Assembly (NCBI GenBank): GCA_038087875.1
Contig: CM075996.1
Location: forward strand, 7,256,001 to 7,320,000
Length of the DNA stretch: 64,000 nucleotides
DNA from: Malacoraja senta
Taxonomy: Eukaryota
Direction: 5' to 3'
Part shown: positions 1 through 13,344 of the stretch, piece after piece
Position numbering within the stretch: position 1 is the stretch's first letter
Layout of the letters: the number at the start of each line of letters is the position of its first letter
Program-made: the position numbers and the translations under genes
The notes under the pieces: model-generated
What the model was told of the DNA's origin: nothing
Seen by the model: the letters and a program-made list of their open reading frames with translations, nothing else
Databases searched by the model: none

Positions 1-268
1 ATCCGTTTTTTTGCCTCCCCCAGGAGATCACGCGGTTCTTGGGGTGGAGAGGGGTGATAGCGATATAAAGGGGAGGGTAGTGTCTTGTGTTCTGTGTCTT
101 GTGTCTACTGTTTGTGGGTAAGGGTGTCTGTTTAGTGTTCAGCCATGAGCGAATGGCGGTGCGGGCTCGATGGGCCTGGTGGTCTACTCTCGCACCTACT
201 TTCTATGTTTCTATGTTTCTAAGTCTACTCCGCCATTCAATCATGACCGATCCATCTCTCCCTCCTTA

Positions 269-598
269 AAGCCCTGTCCCACGGTACGAGTTCATTCCAA
301 GAGCTCTCCCGAGTTTAAAAACAATCAAACTCGTGGTAAGCACGGAGAATGAACGTAGCGGGTACGTCGGAACTCGGGGACGTCCCTTAGCGGCTCGTAA
401 CGCTAACGGCAGGTACTCGGGAAGACTCGCTAACGGCAGGTAAGCACGGGAAGACTCGTGAAGATTTTTAAACACGTTGAAAAATGTCCACGAGAGCCCC
501 GAGTACCGACGAGCGGCCATTACCGTAAATCTCCGAGTTCGAATCAAAGCAAACTCGGGAGAGCTCTTGGAATGAACTCGTACCGTGGGACAGGGGTT
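269..598. mobile_element. PIF/Harbinger-like MITE, subfamily A
   Basis: About 45-bp perfect TIR (CCCTGTCCCACGGTACGAGTTCATTCCAAGAGCTCTCCCGAGTTT), flanked by TTA/TAA, inserted in a CR1 3' tail. Confidence 0.8.
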
Positions 599-1176
599 TA
601 ACCCCATTCTCCTGCCTTCTCCCCATAACCCCTGACACCCGTACTAATCAAACACGTACTAATTCAACACTGCCTCCATTTTCTGCACAGCAAGACCTCA
701 CAAACACCAGTGTGATGACAAGATAGTCTCTTCCTTTTGCAGGAGAAATATTTGCCCGGACTTTACGGAATACACCTTTGTGCCTCTTCTAAAATTATGG
801 TGTGTGGATTCTGGATCTGGAGCAACGGACTTTTTTATTTTGCACTATTTATTTATTAGTTTAGTTTAGAGATACGGCGCGGAAACAGGCGCTTCGGCCC
901 AACGAGTCCCCACCAACCAGCGATCACACACTAGCACCATCCTACACACTGGGGACAATTTACACAGGTCACGGGGAGAATGTACAAACTCCGTACAGAT
1001 AGCAGCTGTAGTCAGGATCGAACCCGGGTCTCTGGCGTTGTGAGGCTGCAACTTTACTGCTGCGCCACCATGCAGGCCCGATTATGGTTTATTATGGTTA
1101 CCTAGTTATTATTTTATTGTATTATTGATTATTATATATTGATCAGTGTGTTATTGTGTTTAAGTGCGGCATAATA

Positions 1177-1480
1177 GGCGGCACAGTGGTGCAGCGGTAG
1201 AGTTGCTGCCTTACAGTGACCGGGTTCCATCCTGACTACGGGTGCTGTCTGTACGGAGTTTGCACGTTCTCCCAGTGACCTGCATGGGTTTTCTCTGAGA
1301 TCTACGATTTCCTCCCGCACTCCAAAGACGTACAGGTTTGTCGGCTAATTGGCTTGGTATCAATGTAAAATTCTTTCTAGTGTGTGTAGGATGGTGTTAG
1401 TGTCCGGGGATCGCTGGTCGGTGCGGAATCGGTGGGCCGAAGGGCCTGTTTCCGCGCGGTATCTCTGAACTAAACGAAAT
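1177..1480 (+). mobile_element. HE1/V-SINE-like tRNA-derived SINE (representative; dozens of copies in window)
   Basis: A/B-box head, V-domain-like GGGTTTTCTC..TTTCCTCCC, CR1-type tail TGGGCCGAAGGGCCTGTTTCC..(TAAAC)n. Confidence 0.85.
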
Positions 1481-1929
1481 AACTCTAAACTATCTGTTTT
1501 GCGAGCTATTCAGACGAGTCACGTCAGGCATGAGTTCATCAGGTCATGCACAAGAGAAAATAAGCAGAGTACAGAACGTAGTGTTAGAGCTGCAGAGAAA
1601 GTGCAGATTAAAAAAAAAAAAGTGCAAGGGCCACAACAAGGTAGATTGGAAGATCTGGAATTCATCCCGAGCAAATGAAAAGTTCATTCAAGGATCTGGT
1701 GAACCATAATAGTGCAAAACTGAAGTCGTTAACTCAAAAACCAGAGGCCCTGTCCCATGAATTTATGTTACTTTGTGCCTCTGTACTGTCCCATCCATGT
1801 CAGAAGAGGGAGCAGCCTCTTTATGCTGCTGGCCTTGCCGAGGCAGCGTGAAGTGTAGATGAAGTCAAGGGAAGGGAGGTTGGTTTGTGCGATAGTCTGG
1901 GCTGCGTCCTCAATGATACTGCGTCCCCC

Positions 1930-2018
1930 TTACTCGACTATAGCGGACATTCGGCAATAATGGACACCACTCCTCGCCCCCCCCCCCTTCCATGGTCCGC
2001 TATAACGGGGGTTTACTG
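1930..2018. mobile_element. Degenerate Tc1/mariner-pogo (Tigger-like) MITE remnant
   Basis: TATAGCGGAC ... GTCCGCTATAACGGGGGTTTACTG inverted ends resembling CAGT-type TIRs. Confidence 0.4.
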
Positions 2019-2029
2019 AAAACAATAGG

Positions 2030-2877
2030 TCAATATAATGAGGGAGTGCAGCGTAGGTTTACAAGGTTAATTCCCGGGATGATGGGACTGTCATATGCTG
2101 AGAGAATGGAGCAGCTGGGCTTGACTTTTTCTTGTCGTATCCCCCTTCTCTGCCTCCGTCTGTGCTGAGGCCAAAATGGCGGACTGACTTATCATCACCC
2201 GGCGGGGTCACAGCGTCAGAAGCCTGGATCGCCTCAGCGCAGAGGGAGAACAAAGAGGGAAGAGACAGAGACTTTAAGACTTTTGCCTCCATCACAGTGA
2301 GGAGGTGCCTGGTGAACTCACTGTGGTGGATGTTAATTTGTGTTTATTGTGTGTTTTGTTATTTATTATTGTATGTATGACTGCAGGCAACGAAATTTCG
2401 TTCAGACCGAAAGGTCTAAATGACAAATAAAGGAATCTAAGTCTAAGTCTAAGTACACTCTGCAATTTAGAAGGATGAGAGGCGATCTCATTGAAACATA
2501 TAAGATTGTTAAGGGCTTGGACACGCTAGAGGCAGGAAACATGTTCCCGATGTTGGGGGAGTCCAGAACCAGGGGCCACAGTTTAAGAATAAGGAGTAAG
2601 CCATTTAGAATGGAGACGAGGAAACACTTTTTCTCACAGAGAGTGGTGAGTCTGTGGAATTCTCTGCCTCAGAGGGCGGTGGAGGCCGGTTCTCTGGATG
2701 CTTTCAAGAGAGAGCTGGATAGGGCTCTTAAAGATAGTGGAGTCAGGGGATATGGGGAAAAGGCAGGAACGGGGTACTGATTGGGGATGATCAGCCATGA
2801 TCACATTGAATGGCGGTGCTGGCTCGAAGGGCCGAATGGCCTACTCCTGCATCTATTGTCTATTGTCTATTGTCTAT
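2030..2877 (+). mobile_element. CR1 LINE 3' fragment interrupted by a 330-bp insertion
   Basis: CR1 ORF2 C-terminus and tail; the insertion at 2124-2453 splits ctgggcttg|tacactctg. Confidence 0.88.
2124..2453 (+). mobile_element. Short retroposon with internal hairpin and (TCTAAG)n tail
   Basis: Clean insertion into CR1. Hairpin CCATCACAGTGAG/CTCACTGTGGTGG, terminal stem-loop AGACC-gaaa-GGTCT, tandem tail. A related copy lies at about 52333-52485. Confidence 0.65.
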
Positions 2878-3729
2878 AATCAACGCCATGGCCAGCTGCT
2901 GTCTGAAGAAACGTACCGACCCGAAACGTCACCTATTCCTTTTCTCCAGAGAAGCTGCCTGACCCGCTGAGTTACTCCAGCACTTTGTGTCTATCTTCGG
3001 TATAAACCAGCATCTGAACACTGTCTCCATCTCCTTGAAAATTGATCTCTTCATCTGAAACCAGTTTTTATAAGTCAGTATAGCTGTGACACAGAGTGAC
3101 AATCAGTCTGAAGAAGGGTCCCGACCCGAAACGTCACCTATTCCTTTTCTCCAGAGAAGCTGCATGACCCGCTGAGTTAGTTGAGTTGAGTTTTATTTAT
3201 CGTCACGTGTACTGAGGTACAGTGAAAAGCTTTTGTTTGCGTGCTATTCAGTCAAAGAAAAGTCAAAGACAACAACCAAGCTGTCCACAGTGGATAGATA
3301 AAGCCACAGGAGGAACTGCAGATGCTGGTTAATACACAAGAGGGTACAAAGTGCTGGAGTAACTCAGCGGGTTGGAGCGTGGAGAGGTGGCGTTTTGCGT
3401 GGGAACACTTCTTCAGACTTAACATGGATGGGTCGGGACCTGAATAAGGATTTTGAACGAAACGTCACCTACCCCATGTTCCCCAGAGATGCTGCCTGAC
3501 CCGCTGAGTTACTACGACACTTTGTGACTCTTTGACTCACTTTAGCATGTGTATAATGTAACATGCATTGTGCCGGAGGAACTTAATGGGTCAGGCAGCA
3601 TCTGTGGAAGGAAGCATCTGAAGAAGGGTTTCGGCCCGAAACGTTGCCTATTTCCTTCGCTCCATAGATGATGCTGCACCCGCTGAGTTTCTCCAGCATT
3701 TTTGTGTACCTTCTGTGGAAGGAATGTTT

Positions 3730-4043
3730 TGTTTAGTTTAGTTTAGTTTAGAGATACAGCGGGGAAACAGGCCCTTCGGCCCACCGGGTCCACACCGACC
3801 AGCGATCCCCGCACATTAACACCATCCTACACACACCAGGGACAATTTACACTTATACCAAGCCAATTAACCTACAAACCTGTACGTCTTTGGAGTGTGG
3901 GAGGAAACCGAAGATCTCGGAGAAAACCCACGCAGGTCACGGGGAGAACGTACAAACTCCGTACAGACAGCGCCCGTAGTCGGGATGGGACCCGGGTCTC
4001 CGGCGCTGTGAGGCAGCAACTCTACCGCAGCGCCACCGTGGCC
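3730..4043 (-). mobile_element. HE1/V-SINE-like SINE
   Basis: Full-length reverse copy of the same family. Confidence 0.85.
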
Positions 4044-4334
4044 TCTCCGTAAGTGGAATGGGCATGCGACGTTTCGGGTCGGGACCCCTCTTCAACCTCA
4101 CCATCCCTCGCCTCCTGACGTCCCCTCCCCAACGCTGAACGGTCTGTCCTCAGCGGAGGCCTTACGTTTGTGCCCCGGAGCCCACAGCTCAACATGGTCC
4201 CAGCTCGCCATGTCGAGCGCTCCTTCCATCAAAGGATGTTTATTGTCACATATGCAACGTACGCATATCTGAGGGGAAGATGTGCTGGCTCTGGAGAGGG
4301 TCCAGAGGAGGTTTACAAGCATGATCCCATTGGG

Positions 4335-4712
4335 GTTACTGAACATCCTGCGGTCTAGGCATAAGCTCAGGGGCGACCGCGTCTTTGCGGTTGCAGCTCC
4401 TAGACTGTGGAACAGCATCCCTCTTCCCATCAGAACTGCCCCCTCCATCAACTCCTTAAGTCGAAACTTAAAACTCATCATTTCGTTTGAACTTAGGTTC
4501 AAATAACAACAAATAAATTGTATCATTGTATCATCTTTACTCTCAAGCCTTTCTTGACGTCCTCTGAGGGAGGGCTATATGTCTGTATTTATGTATGTAC
4601 GTAATCTATGAACCACTGTTGTATAACGTTAGTACCTCCACCAATGTCAAGCACTTTGGTCAACGAGAGTTGTTTTTTAAATGTGCTATAGAAATAAAAG
4701 TGACTTGACTAT
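4335..4712 (+). mobile_element. L2 LINE 3' end
   Basis: GDRVFAVAAPRLWNSIPLPIRTAPSINS is a typical L2 ORF2 C-terminus. Tail TGTCAAGCACTTTG..AATGTGCTATAGAAATAAA(GTGACTT)n, with a small insertion near 4480-4535. Confidence 0.8.
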
Positions 4713-5734
4713 CCTCTCCCCCCCATCTTGTGTCCCGTGGGCAACCACCTGTAGCCGACCTTAAAGGCGCTGGAGGCGTTACCCCGGTTCTCCCCCACTC
4801 CTACCAGCCCTCGCTCTCTACACGCCCCGTGCCTGCCCAACGCCTCTGCCTCTGGGCCCATTCCTCTAGCAAGGAGTCCTTGCTCCCAGTAACGACCTCT
4901 TCCCCTGGTAATGTTAGTCTCCTCCACTGTATGCATAACCTATCTACTTTCTACTCCAGTGATGAGGAGGAATTTCTTTAGCCAGAGGGCCGGTGAATCT
5001 GTGGAATTCATTGCCACAGACGGCGGTGGAGACCATGTCATTGGGTATTTTTACGCCGCACATTGACATATTCTTGATTAGTGCGGGTGTCAGGGGTTAC
5101 GGGGAGAAGGCAGGAGGATGGGGTTGAGAGGGAAAGAAAGATCGGCCGTGATTGAATGGCGGAGTAGACTTGATAGGGTGTTGCCCACACCAACCAATAT
5201 GATCCAAATACACGATTCCCACCTGCCTGCGTTTGGCCCATATCCCTCTAAACCTGGCCCATCCATGTACCTGTCTAATTGCTTCTAAAACATTGCCTCA
5301 ACTATCTCCTCTGGCCGCTGGTTCCATACACCCACTACCCTTTGTCTGAAAAACGTACTCCCATAAATCTTTCCCCCTTCACCTTATAATCCTACACCCT
5401 CTGGTTCTCGATTTCCCCCACTCTGGGCAAGGGACTCTGTGCGTCTATCCGATCGATTCCTCGAAGGTTCATGGTTAGTAAGGGCGTCAAAGGCTACGGG
5501 CAGAAGTCAGAAGAATGGGGTTGAGAGGGAAAAATAGGTCAGCCATGATCAAAGGGCAGAGCAGATTCGATGGGCTGAATGGTCTCATTCCTCCCCTATG
5601 TTTTATGCTTCAGTTTCTTTTAGTTTAGAGATACAGCGCGGAAACGAGCCCCGCGGCCCGCCGATTCTGCACTGACCAGCGATCGGTATCCGACACACAC
5701 TGGGGACAATTTACACTTACACCGAGCCAATTAA

Positions 5735-6052
5735 TAGCCCTGTTCCACGGTACGAGTTCATTCCAAGAGCTCTCCCGAGTTAAAAAAAAATCAGACTCGT
5801 GGTAAGCACGGAGAATGAACGTAGCGGGTACGTCGGAGCTCGGGGACGTCTCTTCGCGGGCTCGTAACGCTAACGGCAGGTACTCGGGAAATGCGGTAAG
5901 CTCGGGAAGACTGGTGAAGATTTTTCAACATGTTGAAAAATGACCACGAGAGCCCGAGTACCCACGAGCGGCCATTACCGTAATTCTCCGAGTTCGAATC
6001 AGGGGAAACTCGGGAGAACTCTTGAATTAGCTCGTACAGTGGGACAGCCCCA
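5735..6052. mobile_element. PIF/Harbinger-like MITE, subfamily A (second copy)
   Basis: Colinear with 269-598, imperfect TIRs, TAA/TTA flanks. Confidence 0.78.
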
Positions 6053-6774
6053 TTAATATGACGAGCTGATTTCAGAAAGTAAACGTTGCCTCAGAGGTTA
6101 AGTAAAGTCTAACAGAATGGCACGAACAACAGAATACTTTATTGTTTTGGAACATAGAATAAAGGGCCGGTAAAGATTCAGTCACTCTGGTTCCGTTTGC
6201 ATCTTTACAATTTGGGTTGGGAGCCGACTTTGGACTGACTGTGGTTTAGTTTAGAGATACAGCGCGGAAACAGGCCCTTCGGCCCACCCCGAGTCCGCGC
6301 CGACCAGCGATCCCTCGCACGCTAGCTCTGCCCTACACACACTGGGGACAACTTACAAATTGTACCAAGTCAATTAACCTACAAAACCTGTACGTCTTTG
6401 GAGCGTGGGAGGAAACCGGAGCGCCCGGAGAAAACCTGCGCAGGTCACGGGGAGAACGTACAAACTCCATCCAAACAGCGCCCGTGGTGTGGATCGAACC
6501 CGGGTCCCTGGCGGTGTGAGGCAGCAACTCTACCGCTGTTGGAGGGTGGGGAGGGGAGAAAGCTGGAAGAGGGAGATGGGGACAGGACAATGTGTGGCTC
6601 GAGATGGCTGGATACAGGTTGGATGAGGGTGGTTTTGACTGGAAGGTGCTTGAACGAAGGCTGGAGATGTGAAGGAGACAGAAGGGTGACGGAATGGGAT
6701 CTCATTGAGAGAGTGATTGGCGGTTGCTGCTTCCAATGGCCCTCTGAATGGACATATATCGTGCATGACTATTT

Positions 6775-7192
6775 ATTTAGATATCGGGAAAGGTTGAGCA
6801 GGCTGGGACTCCATTCCTTCCAGCGCAGGAGGACGAGGGGTGATCTTATAGAGGTGTACAAACCCATGAGGGGAATAGATCGGGTAGACGCACAGAGTCT
6901 CTTGCCCACAGTAGGGGAATCGAGGACCAGGGGACATGGGTTTAAGGTGAAGGGGAAAAGATTTAATAGGAACCTGAGGGGTAACTTTTTCACCCAAAGG
7001 GTGGTGGGTGTACGGAACGAGCTGCCAGAGGAGGGGACTATCGCGATGTTTAAGAAAAAGTTAGACAGGCACATGGATAGGACAGGTTTGGAGGGATATG
7101 GGCCAAACGCAGCAAGGTGGGACTAGTCTAGCTGGGACATGCGGGCAAGTTGGGCCGAAGGGCCTGTTTCCACACTGTATCACTCTATGACA
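6775..7192 (+). mobile_element. CR1 (HER1-like) LINE 3' fragment
   Basis: YRERLSRLGL..RGDLIEVYK..TRGHGFKVKG..FFTQRVV. The tail TGGGCCGAAGGGCCTGTTTCC is shared with the window's main SINE family. Confidence 0.85.
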
Positions 7193-9869
7193 TTATGTTC
7201 TGGTTTATAAAATGGACCTTCACACACAACAGGATCGGAAGGTATAGTTAGCGCATCAAATTATAACACTTAAAGCCACAAGTGGCGCAACCATAGACTA
7301 TAAACAGAAAGAAAGAGCTGCTATTTTCAGATTTATCAGAAACATTTCTTGCAGTTATTGTTATGTTGATGAAAGCAATATTTATTTTCTTCACTGTAAG
7401 TTCCGAGAAGTATGACCACAATTAGTTTCTCCTTCTCTATCTTGGCTGCTACTCATCCCTGGCAAGTAAGGCCTGATATGGTTTATTTTATTTAATTCCA
7501 TTTGAAGATACGGCGACAAATCAGGCCCTTCGGCCCACCGACTCCATGCCGACCATCGATCACCCATTCACACTAGTTCTATGCTGCCCCTCTTTCCCAT
7601 CCACTCGCTGCTCATTAGGGGGCAATTATACAGCGGCCGTTAACCTACAGACCTGTACGCCTTTGGGACGCGGGAGGAAACCGGAGCACCCGGGAGAACG
7701 TGCAAACTCCGCACAGACGGCACCCGAGGTCAGGATCGAACCCGGCTCTCCGGCGCTGTGAGGTAGCCAACTCTACCAGCTGTGCCCGTTGTGCCCTGGC
7801 GATAGACCCGGGTTCGATCCCGACTACGGGTGCCGCCTGCGCGGAGTTTGCACGTTCTCCCCGTGGGTTTTCTCTGCCAAGTATACAGGAGTTGACACCT
7901 GGAAGAGCGGATACAGTCGACGAGGTTGGAGGAGGTGCTAGTGAACCTCTGCCTCACCTGAAAAGACTGTCGGGGTCCCAGGACGGAGTCGGGTGGGTGG
8001 GGTGGGGTGGGGTGGGTACAGGGACTGGTATTTTTTTCACACTGGTGTATGGTGTACAGAACTCTGGTCATTACATAGCAGAGAATGTTCAACAGCGTGG
8101 CTGAGAATGCTGAGAATTGACAACGCTGACTGGACTGGAACATGTATATCGATGAAGAAAGATTGGGCGGGCGGGACTGTTTTCTGTGGAAGACTATATT
8201 GAGCAAAACACAAAGTGTAAGAGGAACTCCGCTGGACAGGCGTCGTCCTGGGAGGGAATCCACAAACAACGTTTCAGTCTGAAGGGTCCCAACCCAAAAC
8301 GTCCAGTCCCACTTCCACCACAGATTTTAGCTCAGTCTAGTTTATTGTCACGTGTACCGAGGTACAGTGAAAAGCCTTCGTTGCGTGCTAACCAGTCAGC
8401 GGAAAGACACTGCGTGATTACAACGTAGATACACGATAAAGGGAATGATGCTTAGGGCGACACGGTGGCGCAGCGGTAGAGTTGCTGCCTCACAGCTCCA
8501 GAGACCCTGGTTCCAATCCTGACTACAGGTGCATATAAGAGTATTAAGGGTTTGGACATGCTAGAGGCAGGAAACATGTTCCCGATGTTGGGGGAGTCCA
8601 GAACCAGGGGCCACACAGTTTAAGAATAAGGGGTAAGCCATTTAGAACGGAGACGAGGAAACACTTTTTCTCACAGAGAGTGGTGAGTCTGTGGAATTCT
8701 CTGCCTCAGAGGGCGGTGGAGGCAGGTTCTCTGGATACTTTCAAGAGAGAGCTAGATAGGGCTCTTAAAGATAGCGGAGTCAGGGATATGGGGAGAAGGC
8801 AGGAACGGGGTACTGATTGGGGATGATCAGCCATGATCTCATTGAATAGTGGTGTTGGCTCGAAGGGCCGAATGGCCTCCTCCTGCACCTGTTGTCTATT
8901 GTACCTTCTCCCCGTAACCTGCGCGGGTTTTCTCCAGTTGTTCCGATTTCCTCCCACACTCCAAAGACGTGCAATTTAGTAGATTAATTGGCTTGGTATA
9001 AATGTACCATTGTCCCTAATGTGTGTGTAGTATAGTGTTAATGTGTGGGGATCGCTGGTCGGTACGGAAGCAGTGGGCCGAAGGGCCTGTAAGCTAAACT
9101 AGTGCAAGATAAAGTCCAGCAAAGCCGATTAGAGATAGTCCGAGAGTCGTCAATGAGGTAGATGGTAGGTCAAGCTGCCTGACCCGCTGAGTTCCTCCAG
9201 CACTTTGCGCTTTACTCCTGATTCAAGCACCTGCTGTCTTGTGGATCCGAGGTAATTGAGCCGTGTACCTTTATCCAGCTTTCTTCTCCCCTCCCGAAAA
9301 TCAGTCTGGAGAAAGGTCGCGACCCGAAACGTCACCGATCCATGTTCTCCAGAGATGCTGCCTGACCAGCCAAGTTACTCCAGCACTTTCGTCCTTGTAC
9401 GTAAACCAGCATCTGCAGTTCTTTGTTTCCAAACACGAATGGGCTGGGGTTGAGCAAATAGGCGATCTATTTCCCTCAGAAGAGGGGTTAAAATCCAAGG
9501 TCAAAGATCCAAAGTAAATGGTAGAAAGAGGTGAGGGAAGATAAAGGACTTAATCTGGCCGGGTCGGGGTTGAGAGGGAGAGATAGATCGGCCATGATTG
9601 AAAGGCGGAGTCGACTTGATGGGGCCGAATGGCCTAATTCTGCTCCTATCACTTGTGAACTTATCTTTCACCCAGAGGTCACTGGGGTCTGGAGATCACA
9701 CCATTGCAATACCATCTTCACCAGCGGCATTGTGGGTAGAGTTGCTGCCTCACAGCGCCGAAGGCCCGGGTTCGATCCTGACCTCGGGACCTGAAGACTG
9801 AAGGAGCAGAGAGGGGAGGGAGGGCTCGCTGGCAAACCGTAGGGGGGGGGGGGGGGGGAGGGCTGAGTA

Positions 9870-10273
9870 CGGATGAGAAGGATGAGAGGATATCTTATTG
9901 AAACATATAAGATTGTTAAGGGCTTGGACACGCTAGAGGCAGGAAACATGTTCCCGATGTTGGGGGAGTCCAGAACCAGGGGCCACAGTTTAAGAATAAG
10001 GAGTAAGCCCTTTAGAACGGAGACGAGGAAACACTTTTTCTCACAGAGAGTGGTGAGTCTGTGGGATTCTCTGCCTCAGAGGGCGGTGGAGGCCGGTTCT
10101 CTGGATGCTTTCAAGAGAGCTAGATAGGGCTCTTAAAAATAGCGGAGTCAGGGGATATGGGGGAGAAGGCAGGAACGGGGTACTGATTGGGGATGATCAG
10201 CCATGTTCACATTGAATGGCGGTGCTGGCTCGAAGGGCCGAATGGCCTACTCCTGCACCTATTGTCTATTGTC
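9870..10273 (+). mobile_element. CR1 LINE 3' fragment
   Basis: Near-identical to 2470-2877. Confidence 0.88.
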
Positions 10274-10749
10274 TGCGCGGAGAGGAGGTCGGGCCGCCGA
10301 GAACAAAGATGAGCCTGGCGTGGGGGGGGGACCAAGAACAATGAGGGACCCGGCAGGCGGTGGTAGCCACCGAGATGAGGGGCTCGGCGCCAGATACGTG
10401 GCAACTCCTTGCATATTGTGCGCAAAAACACAAAATTTCAGGATGTCTAGGTGCATACAACAGTAGAATACCGTTGAGTTTGTACGCTCATCCCTGTGAC
10501 CGCCTGGGTTTCCTCCCACATTCCAAAGGCGTGCAGGTTTGTACAGGTTCGGTTCATCGGCCCTCTGTAAAAATTGCCCTCTGGTGCGTGCAGGAAATGG
10601 ATGTGAAAGTGGAATAACATGGAACTGGTGTGAACGGGTCAGCATGGGTTCGGTGGGCCGAAGGGCCCGTTTCAACGCTGAAACTTTCAATCGTTCAAAG
10701 AAAAGAAAAAAAAATAGTACTTGGGCAAAGACTTCAAGAGCTGTGAACC

Positions 10750-11066
10750 TCGCGGTAGAGTTGCTGCCTCACAGCGCCAGAGACCCGGTTCAATCCTGAC
10801 TACGGGTGCTGTCTGTGCGGAGTTTGTACGTTCTCCCCGTGACTGCGCGGGTTTTCTCCGGGAGCTCCGGTTTCCTCCCACACTCCAAAGATGGGCCTGG
10901 CGTGTGCAGGTTTGTAGGCTAATTGGCTTTGGTAAAACTGTAAATTTCCCTAGTGTGTGTGTGTGTAGGAAAGTGCTAGTGTACGGGGGGGGGGGGTGGG
11001 AATCGCTGGTCAGCACAGACTCGGTGGGCCGAAGGGCCTGTTTCCGCGCTGTATCTCTAAACTAAC
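10750..11066 (+). mobile_element. HE1/V-SINE-like SINE
   Basis: Same family consensus. Confidence 0.82.
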
Positions 11067-11741
11067 ATCAAACCAAGTCTACAGACCTTGTGCTGGAAGG
11101 CAGGACTAGACTGGATAGGTCTATCTCAACTAGTGCAGACTCGACGGGCTGAAGGGCCTCTCTCTTCAAAGGAATATATCTATGATTCATAATTTGTGCC
11201 TTCAGATGAGGGCGGAGATGGGGGAAGGAGGAAATGGGAGTGGACAGGAATTGGCGTGACCATTATCCGCTAAGATGCCCTTGTTTAAGTCAATGTTTGT
11301 GCTATAAAAATTCTCGGCCACACACCCTGTTTACTTTAGTTCACTTATCGGTGGTGGGCTCTTTCTAAGCTGGAAATGGCACAGGCCCAAAGGGACCTAC
11401 ATCCACGCGGCAGGTCAGAAATAAGATAAGAGTCGCTGCCTCACGGGGCCAGAGACCCGGGTTCGATCCTGGCCTCGAATGCTGCACCTTCTCCCCTGTG
11501 AACCAGTGTGGGTCGCCTCCGGGTGCTCCGGTTTCCCCCCCCCCCCCCATCTCAGAGACGTGCGTCTTTGCTGTAAACTGCCCCTAGGATGTAGAGAGCG
11601 GAAGTCAAAGTGGGATATGCGGTGCACTGGATGTTTTCCAGAAAGAGGTGGATTTAGCTCTTGGGGCTAAAGGAATCAAGGGATATGGGGAGAAAGCAGG
11701 AACGGGGTACTTGATTTTGGATGATCAGCCACGATCTTATT

Positions 11742-11980
11742 GTAGGGAGACAAAAATGCTGGAGAAACCCAGTGGGTGAGGCAGCATCTATGGAGCGAAG
11801 GAAATAGGTGACGTTTCGGATCTTCAGACTGATTTGGGGGTGAGGGGGGGGAGAAGAAAGTAAGAGGCGGAGACAGTGGGCCGTGGGAGAGCTGGGAAGG
11901 GGAGGGGAAAGAGGGAGAAAGCAGGGACTACCTGAAATTGGAGAAGTCAATGTTCATACCGCTGGGGTGTAAACTGCCCA
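11742..11980 (-). mobile_element. Penelope-like terminal fragment
   Basis: Reverse-complement match to 42595-42840. Confidence 0.75.
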
Positions 11981-12531
11981 TGATCATATTGATTGGCGGT
12001 GCTGGCTCGAAGGGCTGAATGGCCTACTCCCACACCTATGTCCTATGTTTCTATGTGCTCTGTGTACTGCAGGCAACGACAACGAATTTCACAGTACCCA
12101 GGTGCCCGTGACAACAAACTATCATCGTATCATTGAACAAGTATGAATGGGCGGTTGATGGTTGGCTCGGGTCACGGGGAGAACGTGCAGACTCCGTACA
12201 GACAGTACCAGTAGTGGGGATCGAACCCGGGTCTCCAACGCTGCAAGCACTGTAAGGCAGCAACTCTACCGCTTTGGTGCATCGGAGGCTGAGGAGAGAC
12301 CTGGTGGACGTGTAAAACATTGAGAGACATCGATAGTCAGAAACTGTTTCCCCAGGGTGGAAATGTCAACGACTGGAGTTGAGAGTTTAGAGGAGATGTG
12401 TGGGCACATAAAATTAAATTAAAATGTTATTTAATTTTTATTTTTCTATCTATCCATTTATCTATCCTTTCATCTATCTACCAGAGGAGGTCGTTGAGGC
12501 TGGGACTATCACAACGTTTGAGAAACAGTTA

Positions 12532-12734
12532 AGCCCCTGTCCCACTTTCACGACCTAATTCACGACCGCTGCCGAGTTTGCCCTCGACTCATACTCGCAG
12601 CATGGTCGTCACGAGGTCGTATAGTCGTAGGTACTCGTGGCATCAAGTAGGTCGGGGCGTTTTTTCTAGCCTGATGAAAAATGTACACGAGTAAAAAAGG
12701 TTGTGAATTATGTCGTGAAAGTGGGACAGGCCCT
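12532..12734. mobile_element. PIF/Harbinger-like MITE, subfamily B
   Basis: TIR AGCCCCTGTCCCACTTTCACGAC / GTCGTGAAAGTGGGACAGGCCCT. Perfect TTA TSD (12529-31, 12735-37); removing the element restores the host CR1 sequence aaacagTTAgacaggcac. Confidence 0.85.
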
Positions 12735-12969
12735 TTAGACAGGCACATGGACAGGACAGGTTTGGAGGGATATGGACCAAGCGCAGGCAGATCCCAATCC
12801 TTGGGTGTGTAGACGGGCAGCATCTCTGGATAGAAGGAATGGGTGACGTTTCAGGTCGAGACCCTTCTTCAGTTTGTGAAGGGTCTCGACCAGAAACGTC
12901 ACCCATTCCTTCTCTCCAGAGATCCTGTCTGTCCCGCCGAGTTACTCCAGCATTTTGCGTCTATCTTTC

Positions 12970-13277
12970 GTTCAGTTCAGAGATACAACGCGGAAACAGG
13001 CCCTTCGGCCCACCGAGTCCGTGCCGACCAGCGATCACCCCGTGCGCTAACACTATCCTGCACACCAGGGACAATTTACATCCTTTACCGAAGCCAATTA
13101 ACCTATAAACCTGCACATCTTTGGGGTGTGTGGGAGGACACGGGAGCACCTGGAGAAATCTCACGTGGTGACGGGGAGGACGGACAAACTCCGTGCAGAC
13201 AGCACCCGTAGTGAGGATCGAACCAGGGTCTCTGGCGCTGTGAGGCAGCAACTCTACCGCTGCGCCACCGTGCTGGC
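12970..13277 (-). mobile_element. HE1/V-SINE-like SINE
   Basis: Same family consensus. Confidence 0.82.
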
Positions 13278-13344
13278 CCTTCAAATCATTAAAAAACTGT
13301 GCTTTGTAACTCAGGGGTCGTCCAATCAATAATCTCCATTGAAG

